Shown: piece by piece, positions 55,425 through 64,000 of the stretch | How positions within the stretch are numbered: position 1 is the first letter of the stretch | Layout: every line of letters begins with the position of its first letter | DNA from: an uncultured Gammaproteobacteria bacterium | Lineage (GTDB): Bacteria > Patescibacteriota > Patescibacteriia > Patescibacteriales > GWE2-39-37 | Length of the DNA stretch: 64,000 nucleotides | Assembly (NCBI GenBank): GCA_964443495.1 | Contig: CAYUCS010000002.1 | Location: 260,021-324,020 of the forward strand | Direction: 5' to 3' | Translations under genes and position numbers: made by a program | The notes under the pieces: generated by a model | Seen by the model: the letters and a program-made list of their open reading frames with translations, nothing else | Told to the model about the DNA's origin: nothing | The model's database searches: none

Positions 55425-56705
55425 TTAATTTGTCATTAAGCTATTAACACGCATTGTGCCAGTGAGTAAATCCTCCATCAACCCACGCTTCAAGGAGAGA
55501 AGTTTTTGTTTATAAATAATTTCTTTTTTGATAGACACAGTACTAAAATTCAACAATTCGATTATTCTTTCTTGTTCATTCAGTGGTGGCTTTATAATTT
55601 GAAATTCTTTCAGTGAGCTCATATTAACTGCTGGCTGAGCCGTAGTCGTAATTATTAAAAATAACCTTCCATTTTTATAATAATATTTTAATAAAGTATC
55701 TAAAAAAATATTTGAACAATTTTTCCCAACACTAATTTTTAGACAATTTCCCGCCAAAATACCAACCTCATGATTTTCTGGCAGAATAGAACAAGTTCCA
55801 CATTGCGCCCCAATCTTTGCCATTACAATATCCCCAGGAACAACTTTACTTCTAATTTCTGCAAAAAACTTTTGTTTATCTACATAAAGATATTTTTCTG
55901 CATAAAACTCACCCGATGTAACAAAACCACTTTGTATAATTGGAATTCCAGATGTCTTATAGTGCTCAGTTTTTAAATTACTCCCGAATGGCCCATCAAC
56001 GATTGCAAACTTTTCATTGTTAGTAATTTCCATTATTGTTTTCACCTCCCATTCATCCGGAATTCGCATTTCTTGGTTGCCGATTTTGACGGTTTTGAAT
56101 TTGTGAGTTTTTTCACTACGGATATTGCCTTGCTCGTCTATTCCATAACGAAAAAGATCTTGCATCAGTCCTTGTTTGATCCTCTTGTTTTTCTCAATAA
56201 TCGCATCGGTTTTTTCTATAGCATTATCCAGAGTCGTTAAGATCTCCGCGATCTTTTGTTGTTCTTCGATTTTAATTGGGAAAACAGTATTATAATCAAA
56301 AATGTCTCGATCATCACAACTCGGATAGGTTGTCCCCGTCTCTCTGGTCCCTAAATAATTAACAAACTTCTGTCTAGACAAAGCATAGTATAAATAATTA
56401 TCATCACCACATGCTCTCAAAACTGAAAATGCAGGACTTACATACAAACTATCTTTGACTTTAATAATTGCGCCTCTTGTCGGCCTAACCTTTGAAATCA
56501 AAACATCCCCACAATCAACGGCCAGACAAACACCCGGTGCAGGCTTGTCTTTTGTTTTATAATTCTTTGATATTACATCAATATCACCAATCTCCAAATA
56601 AGGACTTGAATTTTTTGGAAATCTCTTGGCGATTGGATTAGCGAAACACGACAGACTACCCTCTTGCCAACCTTCTGGTATTTTATTTTTAGCTTCAACA
56701 ACCAT
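55425..56705 (-). CDS. hsdS: type I restriction-modification specificity subunit
   Basis: 426 aa. Two target-recognition halves are separated by conserved helices (...KQGLMQDLFRYG... and ...LKRGLMEDLLTG...). Confidence 0.9.
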   Translation of the reverse strand: MVVEAKNKIPEGWQEGSLSCFANPIAKRFPKNSSPYLEIGDIDVISKNYKTKDKPAPGVCLAVDCGDVLISKVRPTRGAIIKVKDSLYVSPAFSVLRACGDDNYLYYALSRQKFVNYLGTRETGTTYPSCDDRDIFDYNTVFPIKIEEQQKIAEILTTLDNAIEKTDAIIEKNKRIKQGLMQDLFRYGIDEQGNIRSEKTHKFKTVKIGNQEMRIPDEWEVKTIMEITNNEKFAIVDGPFGSNLKTEHYKTSGIPIIQSGFVTSGEFYAEKYLYVDKQKFFAEIRSKVVPGDIVMAKIGAQCGTCSILPENHEVGILAGNCLKISVGKNCSNIFLDTLLKYYYKNGRLFLIITTTAQPAVNMSSLKEFQIIKPPLNEQERIIELLNFSTVSIKKEIIYKQKLLSLKRGLMEDLLTGTMRVNSLMTN

Positions 56706-56707
56706 GG

Positions 56708-59209
56708 TTATTTCAAATAGCTAAGTTTCTTAAGATATTCATTTAGCTCAGCCACTGCCTGGTCTCGCTCGTCTGTAATTTTAGTTAGCGGAACCTGATA
56801 TTTATCCCAAAGTTTTTCAAAAATTGAAACAATCTTTTTCTTCTCAGCATTCAAATATCTTTCCATTTCCGCCTTAATGCCATCAAACAACTTTTTTAAT
56901 ATTAATTCCTTGGCCTCCTCTTCGGTAAAAGAAAGTTTTTTAGCCTCAATTTTTTGCACTAGCGCTTTTTCTTGATCTTTTAATTTCTTCTTAGCTTCTT
57001 TTACGCCTTTTTCTTTGACTTCAATATCTTTGATATTTTTTTCAAACTCTTTAGCTTCTTTGAGCGAGGCGGGGGTAGCAGTATCTTTAAGATTTTTTAT
57101 TTGCGCCTTAAGATATGCCTTTACATTCTTGACCGACTTTTCTTCTTCCTCACCCTCCTCATCCGCTTCCATTTCGACAGTTTCTAAAACATCGACAAGC
57201 TCTCCGTCTAATTCTGCGATTTTACTTTCAGCATCTTCCGCACCCTTCATCTCACTCACAAAAAACGCCTGTTTGATATAATCATCGGGAATCAAGGAAG
57301 GACTCCAGCCAACAGCTACTATTGTCTTGAGGTCATATTTAATTGCCTCCCACCAATTTACAAAAATCCCAGCCTCTTGAAAGTCATCCAGCACATCGAT
57401 TTTGGCAAATTGATGTTTAAATTTTTCTATAAACTCGCGACGAAACTCCGCCACACCATTGTGTTCTGGAAATTTTTCAATTTCAGTCCTGGCCTCTTGC
57501 CACCAAGCCAAAAGTGATTTGTTCATTTGTTCATCAACAGCCAAAATTTCCTTGTGGCTCTCAAAGTGTTCGCGAATTGCAATTTTTTCCTGCAAATTTT
57601 CAAAAAATGATAAATACTCAGCATCTTTATCTATCAAGCAATCTTTATCTTTTACCCCATATTTAGTAAATTGCTTTTGATACAAAGCCACTTCACGACG
57701 AGGGATACCTCCGGTCAAATGAGCTCGAACATCTTCAATTTCTGGCTCTGGAGAATTATCAATATAGCGACGAATATTAAGATTAAATTCGTTATCCTCA
57801 ATTTCCTTAATATCAACCAATCGAGAATATTTTGCAATTTCTGTTTTATGATCAAATACAAAGCTAATTTTTTCAATATCTTCTGGACGCAAAAAGTTCT
57901 GATTACGACCTTCACCAAATTCAACATCAGCGTTTATGAATAGTATTTTATCCTTAAGCTCCTTGTCTTTATTTTTATTAATCACCAAAACGCAGGCTGG
58001 GATGCCTGTGCCATAAAAAAGGTGCTGTGGCAAGCCGATAATTGCCTCTACTATATTATCACGCACAATTGCCTCACGAATTGACCTTTCGGCACCACCG
58101 CGAAAAAGAACACCATGCGGCATAACTGTTGCCATCATTCCATCATCTTTAAGCGAGGAAATCATGTGTTGCACAAACATTAAATCCGCCTTCTTCCCGG
58201 TTTCTGGCGCCCAACCGTAACGAAAGCGTTGCGTATATTTCATGTTTTGCCGGCTGTAATTTTGTGAAAATGGTGGATTGGCAATAACTCTATCGAACTT
58301 TTGAATATAGCCATCTACTTCAAATTGCGGATGCTCCAAAGTGTCGTCATTTTCAATTTTAGCATCTTTAATGTTGTGTAGAATCATGTTCATCTTACAA
58401 ATCGCCCAAACCGTTCCATTGTTATCTTGACCATAAAGCGATATGCCGCGCCGGCCATTCGCACCAACCTTGTCGAGCAGACCTTGATCTTCAAGATGTT
58501 GTTTTGATTGAATAAGCATACCTCCGGAACCGCATGTAGGATCATAAACTTCCATGCCAGAATCAGGCTTAATTAATCGTACTAATGTTTTAACCACTTG
58601 AGATGGAGTATAAAACTCCCCGCCCTTCTTGCCCGCACTGTCGGCAAAATCTTTAATTAGATACTCATAAGCCGCGCCAAGCAAGTCGGGAAATTCAAAA
58701 TCATCATTAGTCAAGCGATATTTATTAAAGTGAGCAATCAATTCTGTGAGCTGAGAATCCTTGAGTTTGGTTTTTCCTTTTTTAGCATTAAAATCGATAT
58801 TTTTTAAAACACCATCCAAAACCTCATTGTGTTCTTCAAGTGCCTCCAATGACTTATTTAGAACATTACCAACATTCTCTTTGACGTTTAATATCCCAGA
58901 AAACATTTCGCCATCCCCTAATTCAATTTCTTTATTCAATTCCCATCGCGATCTTTTTGGAACAAAAAAACTGTCACCATACAAAACTGGGTCTTCGATT
59001 TGCTTCTCTAATTGATCTCCCTTAATTCCCGCTTTTTCTAGCTTCAATTTAACCTCCTGTTGATGAACCACAAATTGATCTGAAACTCGCTTCAAAAATA
59101 GCATGCCAAAAATATATTCCTTATACTCTGAAGCATCCATTTTACCCCTCAGAATATCCGCCGCATGAAATAAATGAGTTTCAAGTTGTGATAAAGTTAT
59201 TTTTTGCAT
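56708..59209 (-). CDS. hsdM: type I restriction-modification methyltransferase subunit with a ~340-aa C-terminal extension
   Basis: HsdM N-domain, then [21 protein letters not shown] and IANPPFS. At 833 aa it is much longer than typical HsdM, and the tail is helical, acidic and coiled-coil. Confidence 0.93.
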   Translation of the reverse strand: MQKITLSQLETHLFHAADILRGKMDASEYKEYIFGMLFLKRVSDQFVVHQQEVKLKLEKAGIKGDQLEKQIEDPVLYGDSFFVPKRSRWELNKEIELGDGEMFSGILNVKENVGNVLNKSLEALEEHNEVLDGVLKNIDFNAKKGKTKLKDSQLTELIAHFNKYRLTNDDFEFPDLLGAAYEYLIKDFADSAGKKGGEFYTPSQVVKTLVRLIKPDSGMEVYDPTCGSGGMLIQSKQHLEDQGLLDKVGANGRRGISLYGQDNNGTVWAICKMNMILHNIKDAKIENDDTLEHPQFEVDGYIQKFDRVIANPPFSQNYSRQNMKYTQRFRYGWAPETGKKADLMFVQHMISSLKDDGMMATVMPHGVLFRGGAERSIREAIVRDNIVEAIIGLPQHLFYGTGIPACVLVINKNKDKELKDKILFINADVEFGEGRNQNFLRPEDIEKISFVFDHKTEIAKYSRLVDIKEIEDNEFNLNIRRYIDNSPEPEIEDVRAHLTGGIPRREVALYQKQFTKYGVKDKDCLIDKDAEYLSFFENLQEKIAIREHFESHKEILAVDEQMNKSLLAWWQEARTEIEKFPEHNGVAEFRREFIEKFKHQFAKIDVLDDFQEAGIFVNWWEAIKYDLKTIVAVGWSPSLIPDDYIKQAFFVSEMKGAEDAESKIAELDGELVDVLETVEMEADEEGEEEEKSVKNVKAYLKAQIKNLKDTATPASLKEAKEFEKNIKDIEVKEKGVKEAKKKLKDQEKALVQKIEAKKLSFTEEEAKELILKKLFDGIKAEMERYLNAEKKKIVSIFEKLWDKYQVPLTKITDERDQAVAELNEYLKKLSYLK

Positions 59210-59211
59210 AT

Positions 59212-60138
59212 TTATTTCTTCTCAAGCTTAAAATTTATCCTATACGTGTAAAAGTCTATGTTTGTTGTTACTGCAAGAGCGCGATGAATCTTTACATCAT
59301 CCTCAAAGCCGATAATTACCCCCTTAACAATTTGCATTGACTCTGCCAGCTCTTCTTTTACATAGCCCATATACCTTTGAATCTGACCAACTACCACATC
59401 ACTCACCCTGCCTTTTTTCAATTCAACAACAAGTATCTCTTTTTTATCTTTGCTCACCGCCAAGATATCAATTGGGCCAGTGTCGCTCGGATATTGCTGA
59501 CCAACCATATCACCATTCTCAGTATATATGTCATAATTTTTGCCAAGCTCGGTGTTCTGCCAATTTTTCACCAAGAAATCTTCAAGATGCTTTTCTAGCA
59601 CAAACTCATTTGCATCTTCAATTGTTTCATCAGTTGTAAAAATTTTCGCTGGCTGATCACCTGAAATTAGATTTTCAATTTCTTCGGCATAATTCGATAT
59701 TTTACTAACTGTTCCAATAGAACCCGTTGCATTCTTTAGCGACTCGCTCAACACATCTCTTGAGATATCTTTTTGATACCAACGCACAGCACGCCTGTGC
59801 GGCAAAATCAAACCGGCGCGAAAATCATAATCACCTATAACCTCACCCACATGATAATTGCCAAAGCCATCTGGGCACAAAATGATATCGCCAATGTTAA
59901 TCCCTTTAGCTATTGTCCAAAGCATTCCGCAAGCCAGCCCAGCCGAAATTCTATTTTTACCGGGATTGTCTTGTATATACAATGGAATAAATTCTTTATT
60001 AAAATCTCGCCAATTATCAGCTAATTTATTCGACAAATTCACATTTTCAAACCATCCAGCGCCAATAAAGCCTTCTTTATGTGCCTGTTCTGAATAAACG
60101 CTTCTTTGGCCAAGCATGATTCTATAATAATTCTTCAT
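59212..60138 (-). CDS. two-domain nuclease candidate: unknown N-terminal beta-rich domain plus a C-terminal NucS/DUF91-like PD-(D/E)XK domain
   Basis: The C-terminus reads [12 protein letters not shown]...[40 protein letters not shown], with a D...E-L-K motif and a typical helix. It is the first gene of the R-M operon. Confidence 0.75.
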   Translation of the reverse strand: MKNYYRIMLGQRSVYSEQAHKEGFIGAGWFENVNLSNKLADNWRDFNKEFIPLYIQDNPGKNRISAGLACGMLWTIAKGINIGDIILCPDGFGNYHVGEVIGDYDFRAGLILPHRRAVRWYQKDISRDVLSESLKNATGSIGTVSKISNYAEEIENLISGDQPAKIFTTDETIEDANEFVLEKHLEDFLVKNWQNTELGKNYDIYTENGDMVGQQYPSDTGPIDILAVSKDKKEILVVELKKGRVSDVVVGQIQRYMGYVKEELAESMQIVKGVIIGFEDDVKIHRALAVTTNIDFYTYRINFKLEKK

Positions 60139-60191
60139 ATTTTAGACAAATTTATATATAAACCAGACATGCGGTGTGCATATCTATTTAA

Positions 60192-60220
60192 ATTATACCC
60201 CGAATATTACCCAAGAGCAA
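60192..60220 (-). promoter_or_regulatory. candidate promoter of the defence operon
   Basis: The minus strand reads TTGCTC-17 nt-TATAAT, about 55 nt upstream of ATG 60138. Confidence 0.5.
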
Positions 60221-60259
60221 TCTATGACATATGAAGATATTTGCTAAATTAAGCAAAAC

Positions 60260-60290
60260 AAAACAACCAATCGCAATGATTGGTTGTTTT
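60260..60290. terminator. bidirectional terminator hairpin
   Basis: AAA-ACAACCAATC-GCAAT-GATTGGTTGT-TTT with T-rich sequence on both sides. It insulates the R-M promoter from upstream transcription. Confidence 0.7.
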
Positions 60291-60658
60291 ATTTTCATCT
60301 GATTCGTGCTTAGATACTTGGCCTATTTTCACCCCTTCGGGTCTATTTACACAGAATCTAACGCGCACACTGTAAAGGAATAGAACTTCGGACAACAACG
60401 CAACAAAATACTAAAAAGATGCTCACCTTTGCCGAAAATCGGAAATCTAATAAAAGCTACTAGCACCAATTGCTTATGCACAAAATTTTTTTTATTTAAT
60501 TATTTCCATAATTAAATATCATATCGTTATCCTTAATTTTACTAGAAACTTAGCCAAAAATCAACCTTTTAAATTACTTAATTTTAGCCATAAAACACAA
60601 AATACTGCCGTGTGGCAGCATTCCTTAATAACAATTTCCCAATCCCACTTCGATTAGC

Positions 60659-60694
60659 TTTGTTACTAGTATATTACAATATACTAGTAACAAA
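60659..60694. repeat. perfect 17-bp inverted repeat with a 2-nt spacer
   Basis: TTTGTTACTAGTATATT-AC-AATATACTAGTAACAAA. Confidence 0.9.
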
Positions 60695-60763
60695 TATCAA
60701 ACTTTTTTTAGCTAATTTAAAACGTTTTTTGTAATGTTTTCTTGTTACGTTTTTTATAATTAC

Positions 60764-60943
60764 TTATTTTCCCCAATAACATTTTGGACACTCCCAATAC
60801 TCAACACCTTCAACCTCAAAAAAATAATGGCCATTGCGATAACTTTTGTCATTATACAAAATAACTGTAATATCCTTGCCGCAAATGGCGCATTTGCGGG
60901 CAATCTTTTCTTTAATTTGTTTATTAATCATTTCTACTTGCAT
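60764..60943 (-). CDS. possible 59-aa zinc-ribbon protein
   Basis: Hand translation gives MQVEMINKQIKEKIARKCAICGKDITVILYNDKSYRNGHYFFEVEGVEYWECPKCYWGK*, with CxxC...CxxC. It is just below the 60-aa track cutoff. No clear SD. Confidence 0.4.
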   Translation of the reverse strand: MQVEMINKQIKEKIARKCAICGKDITVILYNDKSYRNGHYFFEVEGVEYWECPKCYWGK

Positions 60944-60987
60944 AAATTAATCATATTACGATCTTTAAATTCGTCCAACAGTTTTCG

Positions 60988-61140
60988 TTACAACACATGG
61001 CCCAGAAACCCAATGTTCAGATTCTTCGTGCCGCTGCGCAGCAGGATGGCCAAGAGCTCATAATCCCTCAATTTGTCCGGGCCATACTTGGCCAGCCGCT
61101 CCCGCGGCCGTTCACATGCCGGCAGATTTTTAATTTGCAT
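60988..61140 (-). pseudogene. radC: 5' fragment of radC (first ~40 codons conserved, then premature stop)
   Basis: AAAGGAGG lies 4 nt before ATG 61140. [40 protein letters not shown] matches the RadC N-terminus. The reading frame ends after 50 codons exactly where the AT-rich island begins, and the JAB domain (HNHPSG) is absent. Confidence 0.75.
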
Positions 61141-61275
61141 ATTGCCTCCTTTAATTATTCTTATTTTATTTTACCCCTAATCGACCTCATCGTAAAATCG
61201 TTGACTGAACCCTAAACCAAAACCTAGACAGGGCCATCACCAAACTCGAACGGATCAATTGGCAACCCGTACTAC

Positions 61276-61303
61276 AAAAGCCCATCTCTGGATGGGCTTT
61301 TTT
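61276..61303. terminator. bidirectional intrinsic terminator
   Basis: AAGCCCATC-TCTG-GATGGGCTT followed by T6 on the plus strand and UUUUGU on the minus strand. It lies downstream of the methyltransferase gene. Confidence 0.75.
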
Positions 61304-61326
61304 GCTGCAAAAATTTCTCAATGATT

Positions 61327-61965
61327 TTATTTTTTCACCCTCCCGACAAAACGGATCAGGCTGCTTATTTTTTCTTTGTGTCCACCGCCTTTATTATCGA
61401 TCACGATCGGTTCAAACAATGCACGAGTAACGTCTTCGAGATATTTGACAGAAAAATATCTCTTGAAAATTCCGTCCGGCGATTGATAATAATCTTTCTC
61501 CACTTCTTTGAAGTCCGGATCCGATATCTCAGGATCTTCGACAGTATTGAACATGCAGGCCAATACTCCTTGCGGCTTCAGAACGCGATTTATTTCCCGG
61601 AAAATTTCCCTGGTTTTTTCATCAGTGAAATAATGCAAAGCCAGGTGCGAATAGACCACGTCGAAACTATTGTCAGAAAATGGCAGTCTGTCAGCTAGGT
61701 CAAGCTCGATGAAATCCAGCTTGAGCCCTTCCTCTTCGGCATTTTTTCGAGACAGTTCCAACGCCAAATCACTGAAATCGGTCGAGATTACCTCGAAGCC
61801 AGCCCTGGCAAAGAATCTTGAATCCTGCCCCTGCCCGGCACCGAGATCAAGGAGCTTGCCCTGTTTAGGCAAATAGTCGATGGCAAATCGGGCAAACATC
61901 GTAGGCTCATTAATCCAGCCTATCGTCGAATATCTTTGATGCTTAGCCCGCCAGAAATCTTTCAT
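61327..61965 (-). CDS. class I SAM-dependent methyltransferase
   Basis: ...KLLDLGAGQGQDSRFFARAGFEVISTDFS... is SAM motif I plus the acidic post-I residue. ATG 61965 overlaps the upstream stop (ATGA), so the TTG track start at 61983 is rejected. Confidence 0.88.
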   Translation of the reverse strand: MKDFWRAKHQRYSTIGWINEPTMFARFAIDYLPKQGKLLDLGAGQGQDSRFFARAGFEVISTDFSDLALELSRKNAEEEGLKLDFIELDLADRLPFSDNSFDVVYSHLALHYFTDEKTREIFREINRVLKPQGVLACMFNTVEDPEISDPDFKEVEKDYYQSPDGIFKRYFSVKYLEDVTRALFEPIVIDNKGGGHKEKISSLIRFVGRVKK

Positions 61966-62732
61966 AAATATTTCACTATCCAATTAGAAATTATTTCTTT
62001 TATCTCCTTAAGGTGTTCTTCGTCTCTAAAGGTGTGCTCCGCGCCTTTGATAACGTGCAGCTCTTTCTTTCCTGGTAGCACATCATACAACGCCTGCTGG
62101 TGCTTCAGTGGCGTGCGATCATCATTCTCGCCAACGATCAGTAGCACTGGCATGACCAACTTGCCGGCGTTTTCTAGCAAATCATATTTGAGCCGGTCTT
62201 CGTAAAACGCCCATTTCAATCTTTTGGTTGTTCCGGGTTTTGAAAGGCTCGGTTTGACGAGGTAGCCGGTCTCTTTCCAATTTTTCAACTCCTCCTCGGT
62301 ATAGACATCTGCGATGAACTTGTTCGAGACGACGGTCGAGATCGGTGCCAGGGCCTTCACTCTTTCCGGGTGCTGTTCAGCGAACAAGGCCGTGCAGATG
62401 CCACCCAAGCTGTGCCCTTCGAGCCAGAACGGCTCTTGATACCACGGCTGCGTTGTTGCCCAAGCAACCACGTCTTCCAAATCCTCGTAATAATTGGTGA
62501 TGGTGGCATCCTCGTAGTTGCCATCGCTTTCACCGAAAGTGTTGGCCGTGTCGAATCGCACCACGGTAAAACTTTTTTCTCGATATGCAGCGGCGAAAGT
62601 CTCGATGTGCGGCTGCTCTTTGAAGCCGCCAAGGCCATGCATGATAAAGGCCAACCCGACGGCATCGGACTGCTCTTCCAAGATGACAGAAAGGTTCTGT
62701 CCTTTTCTGTTTTTTATCTTAAGTTTTTCCAT
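61962..62732 (-). CDS. alpha/beta-fold hydrolase
   Basis: 256 aa. Nucleophile elbow GHSLGG and a late ...GENDDRT...GAEHTF consistent with the Asp and His of the triad. Confidence 0.85.
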   Translation of the reverse strand: MEKLKIKNRKGQNLSVILEEQSDAVGLAFIMHGLGGFKEQPHIETFAAAYREKSFTVVRFDTANTFGESDGNYEDATITNYYEDLEDVVAWATTQPWYQEPFWLEGHSLGGICTALFAEQHPERVKALAPISTVVSNKFIADVYTEEELKNWKETGYLVKPSLSKPGTTKRLKWAFYEDRLKYDLLENAGKLVMPVLLIVGENDDRTPLKHQQALYDVLPGKKELHVIKGAEHTFRDEEHLKEIKEIISNWIVKYL

Positions 62733-63899
62733 TTAATTCTTTTCGCCCAAGCCCTTAAGTATCAGGTCCTTTTTCTCACCTTCCTGATCGTTGACGATCA
62801 TGGCGAAGGAGCGGAGCTTGGTCAGGTTGATGACGGCCTCGGCTAGGGCCGGTCTTTCTTTATAAAAATCCTTGAGTTCGGCTTCGATGCCGCTAATGAA
62901 AGCCTCGGCCTGCTGGGCGCTGTCGAGGTTTTCAACGGCCGCCTGCATGGCGTGGCCCAAATCGTAAACCAAAGACAGTTCCTTGTTCTGCGTCTTGCCC
63001 GCCAGCTGCCAATCGGAGAGCGTGGCGCGTCCGTCCTTGGAATAGCGCACAGTGTCAAAGTTGATATTGCCGTGCACCAAACTGTACTCATCATCCTCCA
63101 GCTGGCAATCATCAATCACTTCGCGATACTGTTCCATCCTGGCAGCCAGGCGCCCGGCCAAGGCCTTGTCGCCCAAATCCTCGAGCACACCCTGCGAATT
63201 TTCCATGTAGCCGTCAAAGTGATCGAAATAATCCTCAAATACTTTCTGTTCCATCTCCAACTTGGTCTCGATGCCGTTTTCCGCCATTATCTCGTTGACC
63301 ATGTCGGTGGCGCGTAATCTTTTCTGCATCTCCAAAAGCGTCGCCGCCAAGGCGCGTCCCTCGGCCTCGCCGTATTCCTCCTGCTCTTTTTCTTGCTCGG
63401 CCACCCGCTTCAACAGGAACATCGGCCCAGATTTCGGGTCGCGATTGCCTTTGACCGTCTCATCAGCCGAAACGGATACGCCGCCCATGAACTTGGCCAG
63501 CTTTTCATTGACCAAGATCTCGCGATTGAGCCAACGCTCCGCTTCTTCTTGCGGCGTCAGGTCCCAGTTATCGTAATTCTTTTCACGGTCCGGCTGATAT
63601 TTATCATCGACTTGGGCCACCGAACGCAGCGCCAACTGTTCGCCAGCCAACTCCACTTCCAAATCCAAGAATTTATAATCTTCATTATTGTTTCTGATGC
63701 CTTTGATTTCTTTGACGGCCGCTTTTTCGGTCGTCAGGCCAGCCTTGCCAGCCAAATCAAGACCGATCCGGCTGAAAATCGCTTTGGTGCGCTCCCAAAG
63801 CGCAGCTTTGAAACCTTCCAGCTTGTCGCCCGGTCGAGCGATTTTTTCCGCAGCCGGAACCGGCGGTTTGGCAAAACCAGGAAAATCTTCAATTGACAT
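62733..63899 (-). CDS. hypothetical protein with an APH/choline-kinase-like C-terminal region
   Basis: 388 aa. ...YSLVHGNINFDTVRY...ATLSDWQLAG... resembles the phosphotransferase catalytic and Mg loops (H-G-D-x4-N / D-W-E), but with HGN in place of HGD. Confidence 0.65.
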   Translation of the reverse strand: MSIEDFPGFAKPPVPAAEKIARPGDKLEGFKAALWERTKAIFSRIGLDLAGKAGLTTEKAAVKEIKGIRNNNEDYKFLDLEVELAGEQLALRSVAQVDDKYQPDREKNYDNWDLTPQEEAERWLNREILVNEKLAKFMGGVSVSADETVKGNRDPKSGPMFLLKRVAEQEKEQEEYGEAEGRALAATLLEMQKRLRATDMVNEIMAENGIETKLEMEQKVFEDYFDHFDGYMENSQGVLEDLGDKALAGRLAARMEQYREVIDDCQLEDDEYSLVHGNINFDTVRYSKDGRATLSDWQLAGKTQNKELSLVYDLGHAMQAAVENLDSAQQAEAFISGIEAELKDFYKERPALAEAVINLTKLRSFAMIVNDQEGEKKDLILKGLGEKN

Positions 63900-64000
63900 A
63901 GAATATTTTTAATAAATAATCCTTGCTTAAGGCTATGTCTATTTTACACCTTTATTATCCTGTATGCCACTGGGCAGGGGTCGGGGCAATATCGAGTGCA

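Larger units (their letters stand above)
50500..60990 (-). other. AT-rich, horizontally acquired defence island (type I R-M plus accessory nuclease-like genes); no integrase seen
   Basis: There is an abrupt visible drop in G+C relative to both flanks. It is a single tightly packed minus-strand operon. The right edge abuts a truncated radC. Confidence 0.7.

Noticed and set aside
60290-60480. A possible tRNA or tmRNA fragment serving as the island integration target.
   Set aside because: I could find no T-arm (GGTTCGAATCC-like) or acceptor-stem pairing. The disrupted target appears to be radC instead.
60659-60694. The 17-bp palindrome was considered as a Xer/dif-type recombination site.
   Set aside because: dif sites have imperfect 11-bp arms around a 6-nt core. 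This site has perfect 17-bp arms with a 2-nt spacer and no similarity to the dif consensus I know.
60734-61063. A 109-aa plus-strand ORF in the AT-rich head of the island.
   Set aside because: The product is low-complexity and Phe/Ile/Asn-rich. The same DNA encodes a zinc-ribbon ORF and a recognisable radC fragment on the minus strand.

Overview
This 64-kb, gene-dense bacterial window is about half G+C by eye, and most genes are on the minus strand. All calls come from reading the supplied translations and the DNA by eye; no database search or computation was run. Gene content suggests a small-genome CPR/Patescibacteria-like organism, which is an inference from the giant NHL/LamG/Fn3 surface protein, the LCP protein, the short ATP synthase delta subunit and many tiny membrane ORFs.

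Core content from left to right:
- F1Fo ATP synthase operon (atpZ-like, atpB, E, F, H, A, G, then atpD after an odd 390-nt gap holding an opposite-strand small membrane gene).
- tatD.
- An 8.7-kb gene for a 2,896-aa surface protein.
- A long operon: rsmI, PHP phosphoesterase, metG, a secreted Kazal-domain protein, cvpA, tsaC.
- Several orphan membrane or secreted proteins, including an 868-aa helical-repeat protein.
- LCP, der, pth.
- A PF06189-type 5'-nucleotidase preceded by a ~290-nt structured RNA element.
- dprA, topA, pheS, pheT, recQ and two HD-domain hydrolases.
- A stretch of orphan genes.

The most interesting region is an AT-rich block at ~50.5-61.0 kb. It forms one tightly packed minus-strand operon:
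- a nuclease-fusion protein,
- hsdM, hsdS, hsdR (type I R-M),
- a DUF45/M48 peptidase,
- a PD-(D/E)XK-like gene split at an A8 tract,
- a translationally coupled 165-aa orphan.

This block sits next to a truncated radC 5' fragment on the right. On the left it is followed by a signal-peptide gene fragment and an Rx4H (HEPN-like) gene. I propose the uncharacterised genes riding with the type I R-M as the candidate novel defence module.

I saw no rRNA, tRNA, CRISPR array, integrase or transposase.
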